A stretch of DNA of 64,000 bases, taken from the NCBI GenBank assembly GCA_028293825.1, contig JAQGNY010000027.1:17531-81530 (forward strand), written 5' to 3'. Below the pieces are notes generated by a model. That model had not been told where the DNA came from and did not search any database. It worked only from the letters and a program-made list of their open reading frames with translations. This DNA comes from Verrucomicrobiaceae bacterium. Its GTDB lineage: Bacteria; Pseudomonadota; Gammaproteobacteria; Pseudomonadales; CAMLJR01. Positions 26,576 through 38,000 of this stretch are shown here, one piece after another (the first letter of the stretch is position 1; every line of letters begins with the position of its first letter). The position numbers were made by a program, and so were the translations under genes.

Positions 26576-28288
26576 ATGAGCCAAAGCGACGAAACAACCG
26601 TCAAGGTTTCCAATAATTTCCTGCGTGCGATTATCGAAGACGATCTCGCCAACAATCGCGTTGCGGGCAAAGTGGCTACGCGTTTTCCGCCGGAGCCAAA
26701 CGGTTATTTGCATATCGGTCACGCTAAATCGATTTGTCTGAATTTTGGTTTGGCCGAGCAATTCGGCGGCAGCTGCAATTTGCGTTTCGACGACACCAAT
26801 CCTGAAAAAGAAAATCAGGAATTTATCGATGCGATTAAAGACGATGTGCGCTGGCTCGGTTTTCAATGGCAGGAGCCGGTGCATTACGCGTCGGATTATT
26901 TCGATCAATTGTACGAATGGGCGCTGCATTTAATTCGCTCCGGCAAAGCGTATGTGTGCCATCTAACGCCCGAGCAAGCGCGCGAATATCGCGGCACATT
27001 GACCGAGGCTGGAAAAAACAGCCCGTACCGCGATCGCAGTGTCGACGAGAATTTAGCGCTGTTCGAAAAAATGCGCGCCGGTGAAGCGGACGAAGGCGAA
27101 TGCGTACTGCGCGCGAAAATCGATATGGCGGCGCCAAATATTAATTTGCGCGATCCGATTTTGTATCGCATCCGCAAAACTGCGCATCACCAAACCGGCG
27201 ATAAATGGTGCATTTATCCGAGCTACGATTTTGCGCATGGTCAATCCGATGCGATCGAAGGCATCACGCATTCGATTTGCACGCTCGAGTTCGAAGATCA
27301 CAAACCGCTGTACGACTGGCTGATCGAAAATCTGCCGGTGCCGGCGCGGCCGCGTCAGTATGAGTTCGCACGCCTGAATTTAAATTACACCGTCACCAGC
27401 AAACGCAAATTGAAACAACTCGTCGACGACAAAGTTGTCAGCGGCTGGGATGACGCGCGCATGCCGACCATTTCCGGTATGCGCAGACGCGGTTATACGG
27501 CACGCGCGCTGCGGTTTTTTTGCGACATGATTGGCGTGACCCGCAGCGAAGGTATCGTCGATGTGGCAATGCTCGAACACGCGATTCGCGATGACCTCGA
27601 TAAAAATGCGCCGCGCGCGATGTGCGTGTTAAATCCGCTGAAAATTACAATTACCAATTTCCCGGAAGGGCAGGTTGAAACTTTAAACGCGCCCGCGCAT
27701 CCAGTGCGCGACGATTTGGGCGAACGTCAATTACCGTTCACGCATGAAATAGTTATCGAACGCGATGATTTTCGCGAAGAAGCAAACAAGAAATACAAAC
27801 GCTTGGTACTCGGTAAAAAAGTTCGCCTGCGCAATGCGTACGTAATCACTGCGAACGAAGTGGTTAAAGATGAAGCGGGAAATATTATCGAAGTTCTGGC
27901 CACCTACGACGCCGCCACTCACGGTGCAGACCCTGCCGACGGCGTTAAACCGAAAGGCGTAATTCAGTGGGTTTCGGCAACCCACGGTAAACGCGCTGAA
28001 GTGCGTGTATACGATCGTTTGTTTTTGCACGAAGCACCGGATCGCGGCGGCGAAGATTTTATGCAGCATTTAAATCGCAATGCGCTGCAAATTATCAATG
28101 ACTGTTATATCGAACCCGGTCTCGCCGATGCAAAACCGGAAACGAATTTTCAATTCGAGCGCGAAGGTTATTTCGTCGCGGATCGTTACGATCACACCGC
28201 GGAAAAACCCGTGTTCAATAAAACAATCGGTTTGCGCGACACATTTGTCGATGCACCGATTGGTTCAGAAGCAGCAGGCGGCGAATAA
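26576..28288 (+). CDS. glnS: Glutamine--tRNA ligase
   Basis: 570-aa ORF with [16 protein letters not shown] (HIGH), VTSKRKL (KMSKS variant) and a GlnRS anticodon-binding C-terminus. Confidence 0.97.
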   Translation: MSQSDETTVKVSNNFLRAIIEDDLANNRVAGKVATRFPPEPNGYLHIGHAKSICLNFGLAEQFGGSCNLRFDDTNPEKENQEFIDAIKDDVRWLGFQWQEPVHYASDYFDQLYEWALHLIRSGKAYVCHLTPEQAREYRGTLTEAGKNSPYRDRSVDENLALFEKMRAGEADEGECVLRAKIDMAAPNINLRDPILYRIRKTAHHQTGDKWCIYPSYDFAHGQSDAIEGITHSICTLEFEDHKPLYDWLIENLPVPARPRQYEFARLNLNYTVTSKRKLKQLVDDKVVSGWDDARMPTISGMRRRGYTARALRFFCDMIGVTRSEGIVDVAMLEHAIRDDLDKNAPRAMCVLNPLKITITNFPEGQVETLNAPAHPVRDDLGERQLPFTHEIVIERDDFREEANKKYKRLVLGKKVRLRNAYVITANEVVKDEAGNIIEVLATYDAATHGADPADGVKPKGVIQWVSATHGKRAEVRVYDRLFLHEAPDRGGEDFMQHLNRNALQIINDCYIEPGLADAKPETNFQFEREGYFVADRYDHTAEKPVFNKTIGLRDTFVDAPIGSEAAGGE

Positions 28289-28291
28289 ATT

Positions 28292-29746
28292 ATGGCGTTG
28301 ATGATTTACAACACGCTGACCCGAAGCAAAGAGCTATTCACGCCGATCGAACCCGGAAAAATTCGCATGTATGTGTGCGGTATGACGGTGTACGACTACT
28401 GTCATTTAGGTCATGCGCGCGTGCTGGTGGCGTTCGATGTTATTACTCGTTATTTGCGTTCGCGCGATTACGACGTTACCTACGTGCGCAATATCACCGA
28501 TATCGACGATAAAATTTTGCGACGCGCTGCAGAAAATGGCGAGCAGTATGAATCGCTGACCGCACGCTTTATCGATGCGATGCACGAAGATGAAAAGCGC
28601 TTGGGTGTTTTACCACCGTCGCAGGAGCCACGTGCAACGCAACATATCGGCGATATTATTGCGCTGATCGAAAAGCTAATCGCCAAAGATTACGCGTATC
28701 GCGCCAGCAATGGCGATGTGTATTACGCAGTCAGTAAATTCGAAGGTTACGGAAAATTATCGGGAAAAAAGCCAGACGAATTATTGGCTGGTGCGCGCGT
28801 TGAAGTGGATGAAGCGAAGCGCGATCCCCGCGATTTCGCGTTATGGAAAGCCGCGAAACCGCAGGAAGAGGCGGTGTGGGATTCGCCGTGGGGCGCAGGT
28901 CGTCCCGGCTGGCATATCGAATGCTCCGCCATGTCGGGATGCTGCTTGGGCGATACCTTCGATATTCACGGCGGCGGTCCCGATCTGCGTTTTCCGCATC
29001 ACGAAAATGAAATTGCGCAAAGCGAAGCAGCGACCGGCAAGCACTATGTAAATTATTGGATGCACGCTGGTGCGGTGCGCGTCGACGGCGAAAAAATGTC
29101 GAAATCGCTCGGCAATTTTTTTACTATCCGCGAGATTCTCGATAAATACGATGCCGAAGTTGTGCGCTATTTATTGATCGGTAGTCATTACCGCAGTGAA
29201 ATCGATTATTCGCAGGAAAGTTTGCAAGAAGCGAAAAGCGGTCTCGATCGTTTTTATAATGCGCTGAAAGAATTTTCCGATATTGCACCCGCGACGGCCG
29301 AGCAGCTGCAAGGCAGCAGTTTCCACGATCGCTTTATTGCTGCAATGGATGATGATTTTAATACGCGCGAAGCATTATCGGCGATGTACGATTTGGTGCG
29401 CGCGTTGAATGCAGAGAACGATACTGCGCGTAAAGCTGATCTTGCTGCTCAGCTTAAAGCGCTCGGTGCAATGTTTGGTATTTTACAGCGCAACCCCAGC
29501 GAATGGTTTAAGAACGCCAGAAGCGTTAACGTATTTGTTGACGGCATAGCAGTTGTCGCAAATGCCCCCCAAGGGCGAGCAAGTGCTGTTCTTGATGAGC
29601 AAGCAATTGAATTGCTTATTACTGAGCGCTTGGAAGCACGCAAATTAAAGAACTTTGTCCGCTCCGACGAAATTCGCGATCAATTAAAAGCGCAGGGCGT
29701 TGTATTGGAAGACTCGACGGGAAAAACGACGTGGCGTCGCGAATAA
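28292..29746 (+). CDS. cysS: Cysteine--tRNA ligase
   Basis: 484-aa ORF with [15 protein letters not shown] (HIGH), GWHIECSAM (zinc site), EKMSKSLGN (KMSKS) and a C-terminal ...TTWRRE. It starts 3 nt after glnS. Confidence 0.97.
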   Translation: MALMIYNTLTRSKELFTPIEPGKIRMYVCGMTVYDYCHLGHARVLVAFDVITRYLRSRDYDVTYVRNITDIDDKILRRAAENGEQYESLTARFIDAMHEDEKRLGVLPPSQEPRATQHIGDIIALIEKLIAKDYAYRASNGDVYYAVSKFEGYGKLSGKKPDELLAGARVEVDEAKRDPRDFALWKAAKPQEEAVWDSPWGAGRPGWHIECSAMSGCCLGDTFDIHGGGPDLRFPHHENEIAQSEAATGKHYVNYWMHAGAVRVDGEKMSKSLGNFFTIREILDKYDAEVVRYLLIGSHYRSEIDYSQESLQEAKSGLDRFYNALKEFSDIAPATAEQLQGSSFHDRFIAAMDDDFNTREALSAMYDLVRALNAENDTARKADLAAQLKALGAMFGILQRNPSEWFKNARSVNVFVDGIAVVANAPQGRASAVLDEQAIELLITERLEARKLKNFVRSDEIRDQLKAQGVVLEDSTGKTTWRRE

Positions 29747-29826
29747 CCTAAACGTTGATATCGATCAAAGCGAATTATTTTCGGCAATCTATAGTGAAAT
29801 CGTAAATCGATTGCCGAGGATTAATT

Positions 29827-29961
29827 ATGAACACCGTGCTGCAGTTTGTTGCAAAACTTGAGTTGGGCCCCGTTTTCGCTTACCCGTTTATTGCGACGCT
29901 CATTGTAGTAATGGCGTGGTTTGCGTGGGACGAAACAGACGCTACAGATTTAGCTGAATAG
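29827..29961 (+). CDS. Possible 44-aa single-TM small protein
   Basis: Not in the ORF track because it is under 60 aa. The ATG at 29827 gives MNTVLQFVAKLELGPVFAYPFIATLIVVMAWFAWDETDATDLAE, with stop at 29959-29961. A terminator follows. There is no strong RBS. Confidence 0.3.
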   Translation: MNTVLQFVAKLELGPVFAYPFIATLIVVMAWFAWDETDATDLAE

Positions 29962-29974
29962 TTGAGGATTCGGT

Positions 29975-30010
29975 GCGGAATATATCGATGGGTATATTCC
30001 GCATTTTTGT
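29975..30010 (+). terminator. Rho-independent terminator after cysS and the small ORF, abutting the folD stop
   Basis: GCGGAATATA-tcgatggg-TATATTCCGC (perfect 10-bp stem) followed by ATTTTTGTT. Confidence 0.8.
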
Positions 30011-30868
30011 TCAGCCGATACTTTTCTCGCCAGACTCCACCGACTGAAAAATCAACGTATTAATTGTCATCGGACCAACGCCGCCGGGTACCGGTGTATA
30101 AGCTGCGGCGCGTTCTTTAATGGCGCTTAATTCGATATCGCCAACACCGCCTGGGTGATAGCCGGCATCGACGACGACTGCGCCATCTTTAATCCAATCG
30201 CCTTTAATAAATTCCGGCTTGCCGACTGCGCCAACCACGATGTCGGCTTGTTTGATTAGCTCGGCTAAGTTTTTTGTTTTCGAATGGCAAATCGTTACCG
30301 TGGCGTTCGCTTGTAACATCATCATCGCCATCGGCTTGCCGAGAATAGGGCTGCGGCCGACAACGACGATATGTTTGCCTTCGATCTGAACGTTGTAGTG
30401 CTGCAGCAGGCGCATGATGCCCTGTGGCGTTGCGCAGCCGTAGGCCGATTCGCCCATCGCCATGCGGCCGAAGCCGAGGCAAGTCACGCCATCGACATCT
30501 TTATGCAACGCAATCGCATCGAAGCATGCGCGCTCATCGATCTGCTCAGGCACCGGATGTTGCAGCAGAATGCCATGCACGTTCGAGTCGTTATTGAGTT
30601 CCGCAATTTTTTGCAGCAATTGCTCGGTGGTCGTCGACGACGGCATCTCCACCGCTAAAGAATCCATGCCGACACGGCGGCAGGCATTGCCCTTCATCTT
30701 TACGTAAGTGGCGGAGGCGGGGTCATCGCCGACTAGAATCGTCGCGAGAATTGGCGTCTTGCCGCCGGATTTCTCTTTGATTTTCGCGACACGCTGCGTC
30801 AGTTCTGCTTCCGATTGCGCCGCTACCGCTTTGCCGTCCAACACCAGTGCTGTCATTTGCTTTGCCAC
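30011..30868 (-). CDS. folD: Bifunctional methylenetetrahydrofolate dehydrogenase/cyclohydrolase
   Basis: 285-aa ORF with [30 protein letters not shown] and [10 protein letters not shown]. Confidence 0.96.
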   Translation of the reverse strand: MAKQMTALVLDGKAVAAQSEAELTQRVAKIKEKSGGKTPILATILVGDDPASATYVKMKGNACRRVGMDSLAVEMPSSTTTEQLLQKIAELNNDSNVHGILLQHPVPEQIDERACFDAIALHKDVDGVTCLGFGRMAMGESAYGCATPQGIMRLLQHYNVQIEGKHIVVVGRSPILGKPMAMMMLQANATVTICHSKTKNLAELIKQADIVVGAVGKPEFIKGDWIKDGAVVVDAGYHPGGVGDIELSAIKERAAAYTPVPGGVGPMTINTLIFQSVESGEKSIG

Positions 30869-30987
30869 CCGTTAGTGCTAATTTTTGCGGCGCGCATTGT
30901 CTCATGCACTTACCGGGGCGGCCAGCAGCGTACTAATTAGTCGATAAGGAACAACGATTTGTCCTTAAAAATCCGCACCATTTTTGA

Positions 30988-31016
30988 TTGACGAGACCGA
31001 GACCCGCAAGTATGAT
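30988..31016 (+). promoter_or_regulatory. Sigma70-type promoter of the tRNA cluster
   Basis: TTGACG (30988-30993), a 17-nt spacer and TATGAT (31011-31016), then the GC-rich discriminator GCGCACCTCC. It lies about 35 nt upstream of tRNA-Pro. Confidence 0.6.
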
Positions 31017-31051
31017 GCGCACCTCCTGTAACGGGGCGGTTTGTAGTACTT

Positions 31052-31128
31052 CGGGGTATAGCGCAGTCCGGTAGCGCGCCTGGTTTGGGACCAGGATGTC
31101 GGAGGTTCGAATCCTTCTACCCCGACCA
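31052..31128 (+). tRNA. tRNA-Pro (anticodon TGG)
   Basis: Hand-folded cloverleaf. Acceptor stem CGGGGTA/TACCCCG, anticodon stem CCTGG/CCAGG with loop TTTGGGA, T-loop GGTTCGAATCC, encoded CCA. Confidence 0.95.
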
Positions 31129-31193
31129 CTTCTCTAGTGGTCTTTTGTTAGACGTACTGAGGATCGCAACGCAGTCCGTACCCATGGGGCAAC

Positions 31194-31270
<77 letters not shown>

Positions 31271-31303
31271 CACTCACAGGATTCAAAGTGTTACACCTTC
31301 AAT

Positions 31304-31380
31304 GGTGGCTGTAGCTCAGTTGGTAGAGCCCTGGATTGTGATTCCAGTGGTCGTGGGTTCGAGCCCCATCAGCCACCCCA
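31304..31380 (+). tRNA. tRNA-His (anticodon GTG)
   Basis: Extra 5' G(-1) typical of tRNA-His. Acceptor stem GTGGCTG/CAGCCAC, anticodon stem CTGGA/TCCAG with loop TTGTGAT, T-loop GGTTCGAGCCC, encoded CCA. Confidence 0.95.
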
Positions 31381-31562
31381 TTTTCTCTTCAGCACTTCTT
31401 CTTACTTCCTATCTTCTCTTTTTTTTACTTTCGTATTTCGCCGCCTGTAACTCGTTTATCAAATCTTCTTATTTCGTTTCAAATAATTCAAAACACGACG
31501 CGTTAAAAAACTCGAACGTTTGAGCCGTAAAGCTTCGCGCGGGTTTCGTTTGGCTGAATCAA

Positions 31563-32975
31563 TCAACTACCCGCCAATTGCCCCAGTTTAATTAATGCTT
31601 TTTCAACGCGCGGTTCCCACGGCACCGCGCAATTTAAACGAATAAAATTTCGGTATTTGCGCGTTGCCGAAAACATCGGCCCCGGTGCTATACAGATGCC
31701 GTGCGCGAGCGCCTTGTCGTAAAGTATTTCGGAATCCACCCCGGTCGGAAATTCAACCCACAGCACAAAGCCGCCATCGGGCTGCGTGACCCGGGTGCCT
31801 TCGGGAAAATATTTTTCGACGGCGCGGGTCATGCGTGTGACGGCCTGCTCATATTCATTGCGCGCTTGCCGCAGGTAACGATCGTAACCGCCGCGCTCCA
31901 ATAGATCGGCGATCGCCAATTGCGGCGCGGTCGGTGTCGCTAAATTCAAAACATATTTTAAATATTCGATACGCTCCTGAAATCGCCCAGGCGCTATCCA
32001 GCCGACACGCAAACCCGGCGCCAATGTTTTTGTAAACGAGCTGCAGTGAATCACCGTTTCACCGTTCGGATCGAAACCGCGCGCTACCGAGGGACGCTCG
32101 CCGTGAAAACCGAGGTCGCCGTAAATATCGTCTTCAATCAAAATGATTTGTTTGCGCGCTAGCAATTTAACCAACGCTTTTTTGCGCTCATCGCTCATGC
32201 GGCCACCCAGCGGGTTGCTGAAATTCGGCATCGCGATCACGGCTTTAACCGGCCATTGTTCCAACGCGAATTCGAGCGCTTCGATACTGATGCCTTCGCG
32301 CGGATGAGTCGGAATTTCCAGTGCTTTCAAACCGAGAAAATCGATCACCTGAAACAGGCCGTAATATGCGGGCGATTCAACCGCAACCACGTCGCCGGGT
32401 TGGGTGATTGCGCGCAGCGCCAAACCGAGCGCTTCCTGGCAGCCGTTGGTAATAATTAATTCTTCGGGATCGACCGGACTGCCGATCTCGGTCATGCGCC
32501 GCGCAATTTGGCGGCGCAGATTTATATCGCCCGGAGGAAATTCATATTGCCCTGCGCGCGTGCCGTGCTCACGCAGCGCGCGACCCATTGCGAGATTCAC
32601 TGCGCGCAGCGGTAAAAACTGAGCTGTCGGTACCGCGGCACCGAACGAAATTAATTTGGGATCATTCGCGGCTTTGACTAATTGCAACGCCAACTCTTGA
32701 CCCTTCACCAAGCTAGGGCGCTTCGGTGGACTTGACATCGCCGGCTCTTCGACTTTCTCCGCGATCGGCAGGCGCACAAAAAAACCCGAGCGCAAGCGCG
32801 CTTCCAAACGGCCCTGATCTTCCAGTAACCGGCACGCTTCCAGCGCAGTGGCAATGCTCACCTGATATTGCTGCGCCAATCGACGCACGCCCGGCAAGCG
32901 CTCGCCGGGGCGATAAATATCGCGCTCGATATCGCGGGTGATGTCCCGCGCCACACGGTTGTAAAGATTGGGCAT
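31563..32975 (-). CDS. MocR-type regulator (GntR winged-helix domain fused to a PLP aminotransferase-fold domain)
   Basis: The HTH is LPGVRRLAQQYQVSIATALEACRLLE. The fold-type I aminotransferase domain carries the PLP-lysine region CSSFTKTLAPGLRVGW. I prefer the ATG at 32975 (MPNLYNRVARDI); the ORF track extends to 33029. Confidence 0.85.
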   Translation of the reverse strand: MPNLYNRVARDITRDIERDIYRPGERLPGVRRLAQQYQVSIATALEACRLLEDQGRLEARLRSGFFVRLPIAEKVEEPAMSSPPKRPSLVKGQELALQLVKAANDPKLISFGAAVPTAQFLPLRAVNLAMGRALREHGTRAGQYEFPPGDINLRRQIARRMTEIGSPVDPEELIITNGCQEALGLALRAITQPGDVVAVESPAYYGLFQVIDFLGLKALEIPTHPREGISIEALEFALEQWPVKAVIAMPNFSNPLGGRMSDERKKALVKLLARKQIILIEDDIYGDLGFHGERPSVARGFDPNGETVIHCSSFTKTLAPGLRVGWIAPGRFQERIEYLKYVLNLATPTAPQLAIADLLERGGYDRYLRQARNEYEQAVTRMTRAVEKYFPEGTRVTQPDGGFVLWVEFPTGVDSEILYDKALAHGICIAPGPMFSATRKYRNFIRLNCAVPWEPRVEKALIKLGQLAGS

Positions 32976-33218
32976 GGCGATTCTCTGGAGGATGCGGCGG
33001 TGTAAGCACGCAAAAATTTTCAGCGTCATCGTATTCTAAATTTACGGCGAGATGAAAATCGCAATAATTTTCTGCCGCTCTATTTTGCTGCGAAGCGGAA
33101 GTGAATGGCTGGGCTAGGTGAAATTAATACGCGATTTTTCGAGCGAGGTTGGTGCTTACTGGAATGCAGAGTTTTCGAGCGGTTTCAAATCGGCGTTACG
33201 GTTTAGAAGAGTGGCTTT

Positions 33219-33256
33219 TAAAAAATGGATTTCGCTACATCGCGAAATCCATTTTT
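33219..33256 (-). terminator. Rho-independent terminator of the glcG-like gene (bidirectional shape)
   Basis: ATGGATTTCGC-tacatc-GCGAAATCCAT (perfect 11-bp stem), flanked by an A-run and a T-run, 23 nt below the stop at 33279. Confidence 0.8.
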
Positions 33257-33278
33257 CCAGTGTAAGTAGCGTGAAATT

Positions 33279-33788
33279 TTAATTGCCTAACAATTTAGCG
33301 ATGTGATCGATACCGGCCTGCGCGCAGGCTGCATCTTTTTCGCCACCGGGTGCGCCGGAGACGCCGACCGATCCCACCAATTCTTTGTCTTTGCCGGCAA
33401 ATATCGGTAAACCTCCTTCGCCAGCGGTTACGCCTTTAAGCAGCAAAAATGATGACAGGCCGGGTTGCGGACGTTTTGCGACTTCGCCGGATGGACCGCG
33501 TGTGGTGAAGGCTGTGTAGGCTTTGCGCTCGCTATTTTCAAGCGTGTGCGGATTTACACCATCATCGCTCAGCGCGAATGCAGTGCGGCTGTGCCGGTTG
33601 AGAACGGTGATTGAAACCTTGTAGCCATCGGCGCGGCATTTTTGTATCGCGGTGGTTGCCAATGCGATTGCGGCGTCGGCGGAGATGCTGCGCTCGGTGA
33701 CCAAACCCGATCCCGCGGTTTGGGCATTGGCGAGCGGAGCGAGTGCAACGAGAAGCGATGTTGTAATTAAAGCTGAGCGTAATTTCAT
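33279..33788 (-). CDS. GlcG/HbpS-like (DUF336) heme-binding-type protein with a signal peptide
   Basis: 169-aa ORF. The signal peptide is MKLRSALITTSLLVALAPLANA. The DUF336 C-terminal signature is GGLPIFAGKDKELVGSVGVSGAPGGEKDAACAQAG. Confidence 0.8.
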   Translation of the reverse strand: MKLRSALITTSLLVALAPLANAQTAGSGLVTERSISADAAIALATTAIQKCRADGYKVSITVLNRHSRTAFALSDDGVNPHTLENSERKAYTAFTTRGPSGEVAKRPQPGLSSFLLLKGVTAGEGGLPIFAGKDKELVGSVGVSGAPGGEKDAACAQAGIDHIAKLLGN

Positions 33789-34210
33789 TGAAATTATTCC
33801 TATTGGTTAATCATGATTCTTTGGTCGAATCGCAGTTGCTGGACCAGCGCAGCTGCGAAAATTCGGATCGCGTAAATGCACTACGCAAAGATGCGAAAGC
33901 TCTGAGCATCAGCAAATTGTGGACCGTTGATCTATTTGTTCTATGAGTTAAAAATAAAAGGAACGGAAATAGAGGAAAGAGACGAGCAGAAGGGCATTTG
34001 CTGCAGTTTCCGCAGATTTTTTTGACAAATTTAAGGCGGTATTGTGCGAGATAAATCGACGGTTACTAGTGCTTAAACAACACTGCATCAACAATGACTG
34101 CTGCTTTATCAGCAATCGATGCACGCGAAATCGACAATAACTAATTGCTGTGCGTAAGAAATTTAATTGTGGCTACGAGGACAATCTTCGTTGAGCATTG
34201 CATTTAAAAA

Positions 34211-35044
34211 TCACTGCCAAGAACACCAGTCGCTCCAGCTGCCGGGATAGAGCTTCGCATCGTCGCGTCCGATTTCGGAGAGCGCCAATAAGTTCACGCA
34301 GGCGGTTACGCCCGAGCCGCAGTAGACGACGATTTCTTTTTTTGCGGCGATACCTGCCAAGCGTTGCCGTTGTTCCGCTTGCGGGCGCAACTGGCCGAAC
34401 TCATTACTGGCGCTTTGCCAGGGGAAGTTTTTCGCACCGGGAATATGGCCCGCGACCGGATCGATCGGCTCCTCCAATCCTAAATAACGGCGTTCTTCGC
34501 GCGAATCGATTAATACCGCGTCGGGTTTTTCGTGCAATGTTTTAACCGCTTCGATATCGACGATCAGATCGTGGCGAAGCTGCGCAATAAAATTTCCACG
34601 GCGTGGTGGCGTCGATTGCTTAATTGTTAATTCATCGGCAACTGGAAACCCGCCGGCTTGCCATGCCGTAAAACCGCCGTCCAATACTTTCACATTGTCG
34701 TGGCCGCAGTAGCGCAGCAACCACCACACGCGCGCGGCAAAACCAAAGCGACTGTCGTCATAAGCGACCACCAGAGTGGGCGGCTCGCTATTCACGCCGA
34801 TCGCCGACAATGTCGCTGCGAATATTTTTATATCGGGAAGGGGATGGCGACCGCCGTGAATATTTTTAGGGCCGCTCAGGTCGCGGTCGAGATGCAAATA
34901 ATGCGCGCCGGGAATGTGTGCTTGCGCGAATTGGCGCGTACCCAATTCGGTATCGCTAAGCGCGAAACGACAATCGATCACTACGACATTTGAATCGCGG
35001 TAACACGTAGCTAATTCGTGGACGGATAACGTTTGCTTGCTCAT
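34211..35044 (-). CDS. sseA: Tandem-rhodanese sulfurtransferase (3-mercaptopyruvate sulfurtransferase type)
   Basis: 277-aa ORF with two rhodanese domains. The active-site loop is CGSGVTAC; the CG[ST]GVTA form is typical of MST rather than thiosulfate sulfurtransferase. It lies 41 nt downstream of the RND gene. Confidence 0.8.
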   Translation of the reverse strand: MSKQTLSVHELATCYRDSNVVVIDCRFALSDTELGTRQFAQAHIPGAHYLHLDRDLSGPKNIHGGRHPLPDIKIFAATLSAIGVNSEPPTLVVAYDDSRFGFAARVWWLLRYCGHDNVKVLDGGFTAWQAGGFPVADELTIKQSTPPRRGNFIAQLRHDLIVDIEAVKTLHEKPDAVLIDSREERRYLGLEEPIDPVAGHIPGAKNFPWQSASNEFGQLRPQAEQRQRLAGIAAKKEIVVYCGSGVTACVNLLALSEIGRDDAKLYPGSWSDWCSWQ

Positions 35045-35085
35045 TGCGCCTGTCCGATTAAATCGTCTTGTCGCGCAGTAAAGCG

Positions 35086-38000
35086 TTATTGCTGAACTTG
35101 TTCAACAGGCGCTGCGGGCCGGCCGCGCAATTGGCTTAATTTAATTTGAATGTCGTCGATAAAGCTAAATACCACCGGCACCACAAATAAGCTTAATGCA
35201 GTCGATACCAGTAAGCCGCTGATGACCACTGCGCCCATCGATGTTTGAAAGCTCGAATCGCCGGAAAAACCCAGTGCAACTGGCAACATGCCGGCGATCA
35301 TCGCAATTGTTGTCATCACAATTGGACGCGCGCGTTTTGCGCACGCATCGAGCAGCGCTTTTGTGCGCGGCAAATGATGATCGCGCCGCGCCATTTCCGC
35401 GTACTCCACCAACAGAATCGAATTTTTGGTAACGATGCCCATCAACATTAAAATCCCGATTAGCGATGGCACCGATAACGAATAACCCAGCACATATAAA
35501 CACACGATGGCGCCGGCAGCGGAGGGCGGCAGTGCCGACAAAATCGTAATCGGTTGCAGGAATTCTTTGAACAACAGCACCAGCACGACGTAAATACTCA
35601 AAATACCGACCAGCATCGCGATGCCAAAGCCTTTGAATAATTCCACCATGAATTCAATTTGCCCTGCGGCCAATTGATGTACATCCGCCGGCAACTGTTT
35701 TATCGACGGCAACGTGGCGACACTTTTCATTACGTCGCCCAGCGCGCGTCCATTTAAATCGACATCGATAGTTGCAACGCGGCTGCGATCGTAGCGCGTG
35801 ATTTGCGCAGGCCCGGTATCGAGCCGTACTTCTGCCACATTCATCAGCGGCACTGTGCCGTTTTTACTCGGCACAGGTAACAGGCGAATCAAATCGAGAT
35901 TGTCGCGCGCGTCATCGCTGAGACGCACGCGAATCGGCAATTGGCGACTCGGCAAATTCATTTTCGCCAAGCCCATCAACACATCGCCGCTGGTGGCAAA
36001 GCGCGCGACCAGCGCAATCGCTTCGGTATTTACGCCGAGTTCGGCAGCGCGCTCGGGCAGTGGGCGAATTACCACTTCCGGTGTTAACAAGCTGGTTTTA
36101 GAGGTTAATTGGCCGATGCTTGGCAGCGCGCGCAATTCGCGTTCGATGCCGATCATGGTGGCATCCAACAGCGGCGGATCGTCGGAGGCAAACGTCAATT
36201 GCATTTTCGACGCCCAGTCCGATGCGTATGACAACCGTATGCCCGGAATATCGCGCAATTCATACAGCACGCGTTGCTGCACTTTTTGTTGCGACAGTTT
36301 GCGTTCTTTGCGCGGCACCAGCGCGATGGTGATATCGGCATTGCGTGTGGATGCAATGGTCGCACTGACGGCGTTGCCGGCATCGCGCCCCATTACCGTA
36401 TACATGCTTTTTATTTCGGGAAAATTTTGCAGCCGCTGCCGAATAATTTCTGCAGTGGCTCGTGTATTTTCCAGCGTGGAGCCGGGCGGTAATTCAATCG
36501 ATAGCACCGCGTAACCGGTATCGGTTTCGGTGGAAAACCCTTTCGGCACCAGCGGCGCGACGCCGATCGACAAACCGATAATTACCGCCGATGCCGACAA
36601 CGTAATACGCCGATGTTTCAAACACGCTTGCACCCAGCCCACATAACGCAGCGTGAACGGACCAGTTTCTTCATGTTCGTCGTGCGGCTTTAAAAACCGA
36701 CTCGCCAACATCGGCGTTAGCAGGCGCGCGACCAACAACGAAAACAATACCGACACGGTGGCGGTGAATGCGAACGGTCGAAAAAATTCGCCGGGAATGC
36801 CGCCCATAAATGCCACCGGCACAAACACCGCACACAGCGTAAATGTAGTGGCGATTACCGCGAGACCGATTTCAAGCGCAGCGTCACGCGCAGCTTCGAG
36901 CGGCGGTTTACCCTGGCGTAAATGCCGCACGATATTTTCGATTTCGACAATCGCGTCGTCGACCAACACACCGACTACTAACGAGAGCGCGAGCAGCGTT
37001 AAATTATTCAGCGAATAACCGAGTGCGTGCATGGCCCAGAACGTCGGGAAAATCGACAGCGGCAATGCAATTGCAGACACCAGCGTGGCGCGCCAGTCGC
37101 GCAGAAAATACCAGACCACGATAATCGCGAGCAGTGCGCCTTCGACCAGCATTTCCAGCGACGAGTGATATGACTCGCGAATGTGATCGACGGTATTGCT
37201 GATTTCCTGAATTTTAACGTGCGGATTTTTTTGATTGAGCTCGTCGACTTTGGCGCGCACGCGTTCGGCGACATCGAGCGCACTGGTGCCTTTCGCGCGG
37301 GTGATTTCAAAGCCGACCACTTGCTTGCCATCGAGCAATGCAATTTGTTCGCGTTCGGCCGCTTGATCGCGAATGGTCGCGATATTGTCGAGACGCACGC
37401 GGCGCCCGTCCGGCAGGCTGATTGGCAATTCAGCTAAATCGCGCAGCGAATTAATGGTGCCGACGGTGCGAATACTTTGTTTGCCGTCGCCGACGCGTGC
37501 TTCGCCGCCGGGAAATTCCGCCTGAAAACGTTTTAATTGCCGTGAAATATCGGTGGCGGTAGTGCCGAGCGAAGTGATGCGATCGAAATTTAAATCGACG
37601 CGAATTTCGCGCGCGACACCGCCGACACGCGAAATTTTACCGACGCCGTGCACGGCGGATAATTCGCGGGTCAGTGTTAAATCCACCAGCCACGACAATT
37701 CGGTTTCGCTCAAATTATCGGCCGCGACTGCAAAGGTAATAATCGGTCGGCCGCTAATATTAATGCGCGAAATTACCGGCTCATTCGCGTCGGCGGGAAG
37801 ATCGGAGCGAATGCGCGACACCGCATCGCGCACATCGTCGAGCGCTTCGTTGATATCGCGGTCGAGTTCAAAATCGATACGCGTAAACGACATGCCTTCG
37901 GAAACGGTCGAATTGATATGGCGAATGCCGAGCACCGACGCGACTGAATCTTCGATTTTGCGCGTGACTTCGGTTTCGAGTTGCGAGGGTTGTACGCCGG

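Noticed and set aside
35798-36514. 238-aa + strand ORF inside the RND permease gene
   Set aside because: It is an antisense shadow ORF. The RND reading frame is continuous and has family hallmarks.
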